Shown here: positions 55,723-64,000 of the stretch, piece after piece
Numbering within the stretch: position 1 is the first letter of the stretch
Layout: the number at the start of each line of letters is the position of its first letter
Source of the DNA: an uncultured Aminicenantes bacterium
GTDB taxonomy: Bacteria > Acidobacteriota > Aminicenantia > UBA2199
Assembly (NCBI GenBank): GCA_965195285.1
Contig: CBDAFS010000012.1
Span: 1 to 64,000, forward strand
Reading direction: 5' to 3'
Length of the DNA stretch: 64,000 nt
Notes under the pieces: model-generated
Database searches by the model: none
Told to the model about the DNA's origin: nothing
Seen by the model: the letters and a program-made list of their open reading frames with translations, nothing else
Made by a program: the position numbers and the translations under genes

Positions 55723-58211
55723 CAACAATGAAAAAGAACCTGGTTCAAATCATTTTGATAACTCTCATTATTTTGTTTTCATTTGGATTGCGAATTTATT
55801 CGCCCACAGCAGACTTGCCCCCTGATATTTCATTCAGCGGTAGTATCTATACCGATGAAGGCAACCAATGTCACAATTCCAGAAGCAAGGTCCTCTTTGA
55901 TGATTGGTCTCCGGATGACTGGCGTATCAGCAATTACAGCCCGGTTGTTCCGTTCATGAAGTACCTGATTTTTAAAATATTCGGGGTGGGATTGGTTCAG
56001 GAGAGGCTGGTATCCTATATTTTTGCCTTCTTCTCTTTGCTGTTGTTTTACCTGATTCTGAAATCTTATTTCAGTTTTTCCTTTACCCTTCTGGGAACAG
56101 TAGTCATGGGGCTCAATTTCTTTATGGTGATGTATAACCGAATCGGCACTTTTGAAACCCCCATGATGTTCTGGATGATTCTCAGCCTTTATTTTGTCGA
56201 AAAATTCCGGTCCAGTGAAAATCCGCTCTACCTTTCACTTTCTGCTGCCTCTGCTTTTCTGAGCTTTGTGTTTAAAAATATCGCCGCGTATTTTGTTCCG
56301 GTTCCCCTGGCAGCGGTGATCATCTGGTTTTTACTATTTAAAACACCGGGAAAGGAATCCTGGAAGAAAGGTGTCAGGCTTTTTGGTTTTGCCTTTCTGG
56401 GAGCGGCTATTGCCATAGGACTATGGGTTGTCCTTTTTTATATTCCCAACCGGGAATGGATTCTGAGTGTGCCGGGCCAGTATATTTCCAACCAGGTGTT
56501 GCCCAAAACCCTGGATCAGGCCATTCATAATTTTTACGGGTTCAACTGGAAGGAACAGTTTTACAAAATTCCGGTGGTATGGCTGTTGTCACTTTTATCC
56601 GTTCCCTATTTAATCAGAAAAGTGGTGCAGAGAAAAATTGATATAACCGGGATCGGGTTCGGAATGTTGTTTTTCTTACATACCCTGTTTTTCATGTTCA
56701 TGAATCACCGGCCTACCCGGTATTTGATCCCGGTGATCCCGGCCATGATCTTCATGTCTGTTTTGTTTTTGAAGGCCATAACCCGTTTGCCCGGTAGCAG
56801 GCGGTTTGAATATTCATTTTTTCAGAAAGCGGTTATTTTCATATCCGATACCCTCTGGCTGGGACTGGCTGCCAATTTCTGTTTTTTCCCCCTCTGGGAC
56901 CGTTACCTGAAATCCATTCAAATTCCGCCTCTCTCCATCCGTTATGTTGTTTTTTCGGCCTTATTGATCGGATTGCTGATTTTTTTGAAAAAACTCTATA
57001 TTCGATTTATGGCCGGGCGGATCCGTTTGAATTTTAAACCGGTTTCATGGCTGCTGATCATTTTGCTGACAGGCATATCCCTGGCCAGCAATCTGTCCAA
57101 TTACCTGAAATGGAATAGGGACAAGACCCATACGGTCTATCAAATATCTCATGAACTGGGAGAAAAGCTGGATAATGCATATATCGCCGGGTTGACCGCA
57201 CCGGTGGCGGTGCTTGAAAACACCCATCGGTCTCTGTTTTTGTATCCCGATTTTGTAAACTGGGATCAGAAGACATTTGAGCGGTATCCCCTGACTCATG
57301 CCTTACTGGCCAGTTTCAATCAGGAAATAAGCCATTTTTTCAGGCAATGGCCGGAAAGAATGAATCAGGCCCGGCTCCTGAAGGTCTACAATGTGAAAGA
57401 CCAATTCTTGCACTTGTATTCTTTTGTAGATCCATTCATTGTTCAGGCCAGGGAAATCCGGGGTCGGGGAATAGAACTGAGAATTCTGAATCCTTCCGAT
57501 GGCCCGGTGAAAGTCGGCATCGGAAAGATTTTCTTTTTCAATAATGCGGGTGAACGGATCGGGCCTGAGAGTCATTTTATTGAAGAGGCAAATGAGATGG
57601 TTGTATTAAATTCCGGTGAAAATGAGCTGGTTCTGGAAGATGCATTTTCAGATCAGCCAAATCCGGTATCCGTTCTTTTATTTCTGGACCTGAAGGGGTG
57701 GAAGATAAACCACCGCTACGAGGCAGAAAAGTTTCCCGGTAAAGTCGGGGAAAACATCAGAAATGTCCGGGCCTCCGGAGGTTTTACCCGGGGTTTCTTT
57801 CAGAAAAAACACCGGGCCGGCTTTCTGAGTTTCGGCCCCTTCATACCCTATTCGAAAGGCTTTTTAAAGGTTGATTTTTATTTGCAGTGTCGCCGGGTGA
57901 GGTCAAGAATCCGGCCGCTGGCCGAACTGGATATCTTTTCCTACAGTGATAAGCAGTCCCTGGATAAACGGGTATTGAAGCCCAGGGATATCCGGGATGA
58001 TGGTTTTAACCATTACCCGTTAACCGTCGCCCTTTCCGATCGGCATTTTCTGGAATTCCGGGTTTATGCCGAAAGGTTTGCAGATATTGATTTAGACTAT
58101 GTTAACGTGGTATATTATCAGGGGTATTTACTGAATATTAACCATAACAAGGGAAGTTCATTGTTGGCCAAGAGCACCCTTCAAGGAGGAATCTTCGGTG
58201 AAACAAGGTGA
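55719..58211 (+). CDS. GT-C glycosyltransferase (ArnT/PMT-like) with C-terminal carbohydrate-binding-like domain
   Basis: LR...YTDEG, R.V, FET, K, RYLIP; ~13 TMs; C-terminal YEAE...FGPFIP...LEFRV...DY beta sandwich. Confidence 0.8.
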   Translation: MTTMKKNLVQIILITLIILFSFGLRIYSPTADLPPDISFSGSIYTDEGNQCHNSRSKVLFDDWSPDDWRISNYSPVVPFMKYLIFKIFGVGLVQERLVSYIFAFFSLLLFYLILKSYFSFSFTLLGTVVMGLNFFMVMYNRIGTFETPMMFWMILSLYFVEKFRSSENPLYLSLSAASAFLSFVFKNIAAYFVPVPLAAVIIWFLLFKTPGKESWKKGVRLFGFAFLGAAIAIGLWVVLFYIPNREWILSVPGQYISNQVLPKTLDQAIHNFYGFNWKEQFYKIPVVWLLSLLSVPYLIRKVVQRKIDITGIGFGMLFFLHTLFFMFMNHRPTRYLIPVIPAMIFMSVLFLKAITRLPGSRRFEYSFFQKAVIFISDTLWLGLAANFCFFPLWDRYLKSIQIPPLSIRYVVFSALLIGLLIFLKKLYIRFMAGRIRLNFKPVSWLLIILLTGISLASNLSNYLKWNRDKTHTVYQISHELGEKLDNAYIAGLTAPVAVLENTHRSLFLYPDFVNWDQKTFERYPLTHALLASFNQEISHFFRQWPERMNQARLLKVYNVKDQFLHLYSFVDPFIVQAREIRGRGIELRILNPSDGPVKVGIGKIFFFNNAGERIGPESHFIEEANEMVVLNSGENELVLEDAFSDQPNPVSVLLFLDLKGWKINHRYEAEKFPGKVGENIRNVRASGGFTRGFFQKKHRAGFLSFGPFIPYSKGFLKVDFYLQCRRVRSRIRPLAELDIFSYSDKQSLDKRVLKPRDIRDDGFNHYPLTVALSDRHFLEFRVYAERFADIDLDYVNVVYYQGYLLNINHNKGSSLLAKSTLQGGIFGETR

Positions 58212-58935
58212 TCAAAAAAAGGTTTTAACCGATGTGCTGTTACCGGTATATAATGAGGAACATATACTGGAAAAAAGTGTGAACCGGTTGCGGGAATTTC
58301 TGTCCGCTGAATGCAAGCATTTAAACTGGATCATTTCAATAGGGGACAATGCCTCCACTGATAAAACTCTGGAGATTGCCAGAAAATTGGAAAAACAATT
58401 TTCTGATGTCCGGGTATTTCACCTCCCCCGGAAGGGTCGGGGCCGGATGGTTAAACATGCCTGGACCAGAAGCGAGGCGGATGTTTTGTCCTATATGGAT
58501 ATTGACCTGTCAACCGATCTGAAGGCATTTCCTCCCATGATCCAGGCCATTATAGATGGCTATGACATAGCCATCGGCTCACGGCAGTATAAGGGGGCGG
58601 ATGTGGATCGAAGCCTGCGTCGGGAAATCATATCCCGGGGGTATATCTGGGTATTGAAGCTTTTACTGCGTTTTCCCTTTACCGATGCCCAGTGCGGCTT
58701 TAAAGCCATCTCCAAACAGACTGTGTCAGAGTTGTTCTCCCATATTAAAGATGATGAGTGGTTTTTTGATACGGAACTGTTGCATATTGCCCACCAGGAA
58801 GGATACAAGGTAAAAGAAATTCCGGTTCGCTGGATCGAGGACCGGGATTCACGGGTTAAAATAATGAGGACTGCCTGGCTGGATATTCTGGGGGTTCTGC
58901 GTATGATAGGATATCGAAGGGGATCTTTGAAATGA
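58198..58935 (+). CDS. GT2 polyprenol-phosphate sugar synthase (Dol-P-Glc/Man synthase-like)
   Basis: LPVYNEE, DNASTDKT, GRG, YMDIDLST, GSR, DAQCGFKA, WFFDTELL; GTG start with GGAGG. Confidence 0.9.
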   Translation: MKQGDQKKVLTDVLLPVYNEEHILEKSVNRLREFLSAECKHLNWIISIGDNASTDKTLEIARKLEKQFSDVRVFHLPRKGRGRMVKHAWTRSEADVLSYMDIDLSTDLKAFPPMIQAIIDGYDIAIGSRQYKGADVDRSLRREIISRGYIWVLKLLLRFPFTDAQCGFKAISKQTVSELFSHIKDDEWFFDTELLHIAHQEGYKVKEIPVRWIEDRDSRVKIMRTAWLDILGVLRMIGYRRGSLK

Positions 58936-60302
58936 AAAAATCCATATTGATAACCGGCATCACCGGATTCGTGGGCCGCCATCTGCTCGAAAAAATGGAT
59001 TTGTCATCTTATCAGACGGTTTTTGGTTTGAGCCGGGAACCGGAAAAAATTTGTTTCCCGGATAAAGTTCCCAAAAATCTGAAAATGATCCGGGGGGATC
59101 TATTGCATCCCGAGTGCTACCGGTCGATCTTAAACCAGGTGGATACGGTGGTGCATCTGGCAGCGATAACTGGCAAGGCAGGCCGGGCTGAGTATCGAAG
59201 GGTAAATGTCCGGGCCACCCGGGAATTACTGGAAGCCTGCCAGGATTCGGGAGTGAAACATTTCTTATTGGTGAGCTCCATTGCCGTAAAATTCAAACGC
59301 CAACAGCGCTATTTTTATGCCCGTTCCAAACAGCAGGCTGAAGGTGAGGTCAAAAAGAGCGGGCTCAATTATACGATTCTGAGACCTACCATTATCCTGG
59401 GGGCCGGCTCCCCGGTTTTCAGCGGCTTTGCCCGGTTTGCCGGTTTACCGCTGGTTCCGGTATTCGGTAAAGGGGCTGTACAGATTCAACCGGTACATGT
59501 GGCTGATGTGGCCGAGGTGATCCGGGATATACTGAATAAGTCGCTCTTCAAGGGGGACACTATTGAACTGGGGGGGAACCAGACAGTTACTATCAAGGAT
59601 TTCATGAAATTGCTGTCCTCCCGCTGCCAGACCGGCCCGGCCCGCTTCCTGCATGTTCCTCTGGGCCCTATGGTTTTTTTCCTGTTTCTGGCAGAACCCC
59701 TGCTGTACCCGATCCTGCCCTTTACTATGGGGCAGCTGGCCACTTTTCGCAATGATGGGATTGCTGATCCCCATGACGCGGTTGGCAGATTGTCTTCCGG
59801 GTTCCTGGGAATCGAGCGGATGATCGATGACAGTTTTCAGGCTCAGAAGGTTGAACTCCGGAAAAAGGATCTGGAAAAAGAATGCCGGGTTTTCTGTCAA
59901 TACCTGCTCGGGCAAAAGCCCGGTCCCTATGTGATGAAAAAATATTTGGATGTCCATCAAAAAATCGACATGAAGGCCAAAAACAAATTCGATCGGATAT
60001 TGGCCCGCCTGGGGGCCAGGAACCGGATTCTGGTCCGGGCCTGTGATTCGTATTCCCGTTTTTTCTATCCTTGCTCCCTGCTTCGAAAGAAGTTGGTTTA
60101 TCTGTTGGCGATTCTGGAAACCGCCTCTCCCCACGCCCAGATTATCGATCGATCGGATAACCAGGGAAAATTCATGTTGTTGTTTATCATGGGATTGAAG
60201 GGAATGGGGCTTGTCTTTTTTCTGATTGTATCGTTTCCGATTTTATTTCCCCTTCAGGTTGTCCTAAAATCCAAACAGACGGGGGAATTGAACCATGGTT
60301 AA
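58932..60302 (+). CDS. SDR epimerase/reductase fused to a ~150-aa C-terminal membrane-associated domain
   Basis: ITGITGFVG, VSS, YARSK, LRP, QPVHV.DVA; extra domain ECRVFCQYL...LLRKKL..LLAILE plus a terminal TM. Confidence 0.82.
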   Translation: MKKSILITGITGFVGRHLLEKMDLSSYQTVFGLSREPEKICFPDKVPKNLKMIRGDLLHPECYRSILNQVDTVVHLAAITGKAGRAEYRRVNVRATRELLEACQDSGVKHFLLVSSIAVKFKRQQRYFYARSKQQAEGEVKKSGLNYTILRPTIILGAGSPVFSGFARFAGLPLVPVFGKGAVQIQPVHVADVAEVIRDILNKSLFKGDTIELGGNQTVTIKDFMKLLSSRCQTGPARFLHVPLGPMVFFLFLAEPLLYPILPFTMGQLATFRNDGIADPHDAVGRLSSGFLGIERMIDDSFQAQKVELRKKDLEKECRVFCQYLLGQKPGPYVMKKYLDVHQKIDMKAKNKFDRILARLGARNRILVRACDSYSRFFYPCSLLRKKLVYLLAILETASPHAQIIDRSDNQGKFMLLFIMGLKGMGLVFFLIVSFPILFPLQVVLKSKQTGELNHG

Positions 60303-61911
60303 AATAACGGTTGTGGGTTCCGGGGCCAGTGGTGTCCATTTTGCGCTTTCCGCCCTTAAAAAGGGACATCAGGTTGAAATGCTGGATGTGGGGTATTCAG
60401 CTCCCCCCAATGTGAACCCGGAGTTTTCTTTCATTGATATCAAATCCAAACTGGAGGACCCGGTTGCCTATTTTTTAGGTGAAAACTATGAGACCGTAGT
60501 TTCCCCCGATTTTGACAATGAGATCTACGAATTCCCTCCCAATAAGATGTATATATTTAAAGTCCCCCCGGGTTTCAAATCCGACAGCAGGGATTTTGAT
60601 CCGCTGTTTTCTTTTGCCCGGGGCGGGCTGGCCGAGGCCTGGACCGGGGGAAGCTATCCATTTAATGATCAAGATCTGGCCCTCTTTCCCTTTGACTATG
60701 AAACCCTGAAGCCCTATTACGAGGAGATTGCCGAGCGGATTGGTCTGATTGGAGACAGGGATGATATTTCCCGTTTTTTTCCTTGGCATGAGAACCTTCT
60801 CCCTCCCCTGGAACTGGATGAGAATTCAAAAATAATTCTGGAAAAATACCAAAAACGGAGAGAACTACTCAACCGGAAAATGGGTTTTTATTTGGGCAGG
60901 TCCAGGATTGCCACCCTGAGCGTTGATAAGGGGGATCGCAAGGCCTGTGACTATTCGGGAAGGTGTCTCTGGGGATGTCCCAGTGATTCCCTGTATGTTC
61001 CCTCATTGACCCTGGCCGATTGCCAGAAATACGAACATTTCAGCTATAAACCCGGTGTGCTGGTCGAACATTTTAAGGTCAATTCCCGGAAGCGGATCAC
61101 ACACCTGGTTTTCCAGGATCTGGCCCTTCAGAAAAGAGGGGAAATAAAAGTGGATAACCTGGTGTTGGCCGCCGGCACCCTCTCATCATCAAAAATTTTC
61201 CTGGATTCCGTTTACCGGCAAACCGGAAAAATACTGAAACTGGAAGGTCTGATGGACAACCGTCAAATCCTGGTTCCTTTTTTGAACCTCAGTTTAATGG
61301 GAAAATCATATAACCCGGAGTCCTATGTGTATCACCAACTGGCCGTGGGTTTCGAGTGTGAAAAGACTTCCAATTACATTCACGGTCAGATCACCACCCT
61401 GAAAACGGCCTTGATTCACCCGGTGACCCTGCAGATGCCGCTGGACTTTAAAACGGCAACCTACCTGACCCGGAATCTGCATTCGGCACTGGGGGTCATC
61501 AACCTGAATTTCTGCGATACCCGGCGAGCGGATAACCAGCTCACCATTGAGCCGGATTCAACCGGCAAGCAAGACCAGACTACCCTGAAAATTACCTATC
61601 AATCGATTCCCGACGAAAAAACCATCATTTCTTCAGCCACCAAGCGAGTGATGAAATTCCTGAGAAAACTGGGGTCGATTGCACCACCCATGATGATCCA
61701 ATCCCGGCCCATGGGGGCCAGTGTTCACTATTCGGGGACCCTGCCTATGAGCACTACCGATGAACCACTGGGTGTCACACCGGATTGCCGGAGCCGGGAT
61801 TTTGATAACCTGTTCTTTGTTGACGGAACCGTTTTTCCGTTTTTACCGGCAAAGAACCTGACCTTTACCATGATGGCCAATGCGGCCCGAGTTGCAGATA
61901 AAGTCTTTTAA
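60295..61911 (+). CDS. GMC-family FAD oxidoreductase
   Basis: VVGSGASG, GGLAEAW, CDYSGRCLWGCP, LAAGTL, HYSGT, NLFFVDG, NLTFTMMANA.RVA. Confidence 0.88.
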   Translation: MVKITVVGSGASGVHFALSALKKGHQVEMLDVGYSAPPNVNPEFSFIDIKSKLEDPVAYFLGENYETVVSPDFDNEIYEFPPNKMYIFKVPPGFKSDSRDFDPLFSFARGGLAEAWTGGSYPFNDQDLALFPFDYETLKPYYEEIAERIGLIGDRDDISRFFPWHENLLPPLELDENSKIILEKYQKRRELLNRKMGFYLGRSRIATLSVDKGDRKACDYSGRCLWGCPSDSLYVPSLTLADCQKYEHFSYKPGVLVEHFKVNSRKRITHLVFQDLALQKRGEIKVDNLVLAAGTLSSSKIFLDSVYRQTGKILKLEGLMDNRQILVPFLNLSLMGKSYNPESYVYHQLAVGFECEKTSNYIHGQITTLKTALIHPVTLQMPLDFKTATYLTRNLHSALGVINLNFCDTRRADNQLTIEPDSTGKQDQTTLKITYQSIPDEKTIISSATKRVMKFLRKLGSIAPPMMIQSRPMGASVHYSGTLPMSTTDEPLGVTPDCRSRDFDNLFFVDGTVFPFLPAKNLTFTMMANAARVADKVF

Positions 61912-61925
61912 TGAACGAGGAGAAT

Positions 61926-63518
61926 ATGAAGAAAATACTTTTTGGTTTACTGGCTCTCTTTCTGGTACTGAACCTGTTTCCGGAAATTGACAAAAAAAAC
62001 AATCAGAAAAAAACGTTAACATTTGAAAAAGCAGTGGCCTGCCGGGCAGTTCTTGAAATCAGGTCACTGGTCAGCGGATCTGTTTCCGAGGTGCTGGCCG
62101 CCAAGGGGGACCGAGTCACAACCGGCCAAATATTACTCCAGTTTGATGTCTCGGGGCTGGATGAGGAAATCCGGACAGCAGAGCAGAGTCTGGAAATATG
62201 GGAAAAAACACTCTTCAATCGTGAACATTGGAAGGTTCGCAGCCAGCCAGCCGAAAACCAGGCCAAAAGAAAAATAGAGGAGTTTAAAACCGATATTAAA
62301 AAGAAAAAACAGCAGAAATCCCGGCAGCGGATCCATTCGCTGATTGAGGGAAGCGTATTGGATATTGTTGATGAAAAAATGCCGGTGGAAGAGGACCAGG
62401 TAGTGGCCCGGATCGGGGATGATTCGGTGCTCAAAATTGAATTAACCCCGAATGACTCCAACCGGAATGTTCTGGCAGAAATTCAGGATGGAGAAAAAAT
62501 ATCTCTGACCTTTAAGAAAGTCAACCTGGCCTGTTCCGGGGAGATCAAAAAAGTGAATGATCGAATGGTCATTCTTATTCCCAATGACAAATACCTGCTG
62601 AAACCGGGAATGATGGCCAAATTCCAGTTCACTTATGATATCCAACCGGAGATCCAAAAGGTACTGAAACAACCCCAGGTCCGGCCGAAAGATCTTCAGT
62701 ATATAAAAGAGAAAAAGATCGGATTTGAAATTTCAGCCGGGATGTCATGGTCGGATCCCGGCGAATATTACGACCGGGCTTCAGGGATTGACAACCTGAT
62801 GGATCAGTACATCCAAAACTACGGCCTGGAATATACGATCAGCGGTAAATTCGGAAAGAATATTATTTATTTTCCGGTCAATGTCCTGGTCAATTACCGG
62901 ATTTCGGAAAAATGGTATCTGAAAGCCGGCCTTGAGTTCGGTTATGGCAATCAATCCAGCCAGAAAACCTACCATTTAAACTGGACCACCACAACCGAGG
63001 ATCACCGTTACAATCTCTCTTCAAAATTAACCTATTTCATGCCCTTTGTGGGAGCGGAAAGACGGTTCGGAAAATTTGGTGTTTATGCAAATGTGGGATT
63101 GAATTTGCTCAGCTTATCCCACCAGAAAAATCTGGAAATATCAGAATCCACTTACTGGTACAGGCAGGATGAAGACATCTCGGCCACTGGCACCGGTATC
63201 GGAATACTGGTGGGAGGAAAATACAATTTTCTCATTGGTAAAAAAACGAACCTGATTCTAAAGCTGGAATTATGTTATTTGAAAGTGAGCAACCTGTCCG
63301 GGAGCCGGGACGCCTCTATTACAAACTCGCTCGGAGAATCCCTGTCTGAATCCATTCAGGGGACCATTTACAGTTTTGAGATAAATCCCTATGACCTGGG
63401 CTGGTTTTATACCTGGGAAATGTTTGGTTCGGTTCCCGGTGAGTCCTGGATTCGAAATGTGAGCGAGATGGCCATCAATATGTCCAGTATTCGGCTGATG
63501 CTGGGAATTAAATTTTAG
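61926..63518 (+). CDS. Periplasmic adaptor (HlyD/MFP-like) domain fused to a C-terminal outer-membrane beta-barrel
   Basis: GAGGAG RBS, signal peptide; lipoyl half (SLVSGSV..V....GDRV..GQILL), helical hairpin, lipoyl half (SLIEGSV), LKPGM; then amphipathic strands ending LMLGIKF. Confidence 0.7.
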   Translation: MKKILFGLLALFLVLNLFPEIDKKNNQKKTLTFEKAVACRAVLEIRSLVSGSVSEVLAAKGDRVTTGQILLQFDVSGLDEEIRTAEQSLEIWEKTLFNREHWKVRSQPAENQAKRKIEEFKTDIKKKKQQKSRQRIHSLIEGSVLDIVDEKMPVEEDQVVARIGDDSVLKIELTPNDSNRNVLAEIQDGEKISLTFKKVNLACSGEIKKVNDRMVILIPNDKYLLKPGMMAKFQFTYDIQPEIQKVLKQPQVRPKDLQYIKEKKIGFEISAGMSWSDPGEYYDRASGIDNLMDQYIQNYGLEYTISGKFGKNIIYFPVNVLVNYRISEKWYLKAGLEFGYGNQSSQKTYHLNWTTTTEDHRYNLSSKLTYFMPFVGAERRFGKFGVYANVGLNLLSLSHQKNLEISESTYWYRQDEDISATGTGIGILVGGKYNFLIGKKTNLILKLELCYLKVSNLSGSRDASITNSLGESLSESIQGTIYSFEINPYDLGWFYTWEMFGSVPGESWIRNVSEMAINMSSIRLMLGIKF

Positions 63519-63537
63519 AGGCGAGTATATTCTGTAC

Positions 63538-63563
63538 TGAAATGGAAGTATGAAATGGAAGTA
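63538..63563 (+). repeat. 13-bp tandem duplication over the start of the last gene
   Basis: TGAAATGGAAGTA twice. Confidence 0.8.
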
Positions 63564-64000
63564 AAGAACAACGTCAGGCTGTTGATCCTATTGCTGGTTC
63601 TGGGAGTGTCGATGTGCCTGTTGATCGCCCCGGGATGCCGGCCGGACCGCTCCGTCCTGCCCAATGTGGTGGTCATTGTCATTGATACCCTGAGGGCAGA
63701 TCATCTTCCCTTCTATGGTTATCCCAAAAACACGGCCCCTTTTTTGGCTAAACTGGCCTCTCAGGGTGTTCTCTTTGAAAAAGCCTATGCGACTTCTTCC
63801 CTGACCGCCCCTTCCACCGCTTCGTTGTTTACTTCTTTTTATCCGTTTCAACACGGTGTGGTCCTGAATATTGGCGGAACCATCAAACTTCGGAAAATGG
63901 CACCCAAACTGAAGGTGAAATTAAACAAAATACCTCCGGAGATCACCACTCTGGGAGAAATATTCAAACAGGCCGGGTACAGCACATACGGGGTTTCGGA
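63555..64000 (+). CDS. Sulfatase-like lipoprotein, 5' part (runs off the window; not in the ORF track); paralog of 42785
   Basis: MEVKNNVRLLILLLVLGVSMCLLIAPGC lipobox; VIDTLRADHLPFYGY; SSLTAPSTASLFTSFYPFQHGV; open to the end. Confidence 0.88.
   Translation, partial: MEVKNNVRLLILLLVLGVSMCLLIAPGCRPDRSVLPNVVVIVIDTLRADHLPFYGYPKNTAPFLAKLASQGVLFEKAYATSSLTAPSTASLFTSFYPFQHGVVLNIGGTIKLRKMAPKLKVKLNKIPPEITTLGEIFKQAGYSTYGVS

Noticed and set aside
1-64000. CRISPR arrays, IS elements, rRNA, selenocysteine or stop-codon recoding
   Set aside because: No regularly spaced repeats, transposase motifs, rRNA-like tracts or interrupted conserved genes were seen, apart from cutA.

Overview
Gene-dense bacterial chromosome segment from a diderm. 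The gene repertoire (Oar-like TonB-dependent receptor, kinase-TPR, sulfatase-like-TPR proteins, many lipoproteins) suggests Acidobacteriota/Ca. Aminicenantia; this is inference only. The first ~23 kb is mixed housekeeping: secreted thioredoxin, an acs / OFA-MFS / acuC acetate cluster, a Ser/Thr kinase, a truncated cutA missed by the ORF track, S9 and C69 peptidases, a nitroreductase, tRNA-Phe(GAA) and a sigma54-driven outer-membrane receptor. From ~23 kb to the window end lies a ~40 kb cell-envelope glycan-modification locus. It holds a polyprenol-P-sugar synthase (GT2), a GtrA flippase, four GT-C membrane glycosyltransferases, three FAD oxidoreductases, two SDRs, AsnB, acyl- and methyltransferases and an SGNH protein. 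Across the whole window there are eight exported alkaline-phosphatase-superfamily 'sulfatases'. None has the formylglycine C/S-x-P-x-R motif (all have Thr or Ser at the nucleophile position), all seven complete ones share an L-x-[ST]-[LM]-G-Y helix, and the nearby FGE-fold protein lacks the catalytic cysteines. Other notable signals: an apparent fusion of a periplasmic adaptor (MFP) to an outer-membrane beta-barrel, a recurring leaderless-promoter architecture (twice using the upstream stop codon as part of the -35 box), and strong CCGG over-representation. No integrase, transposase, CRISPR or rRNA was seen. All family calls come from motif recognition by eye, not database searches.
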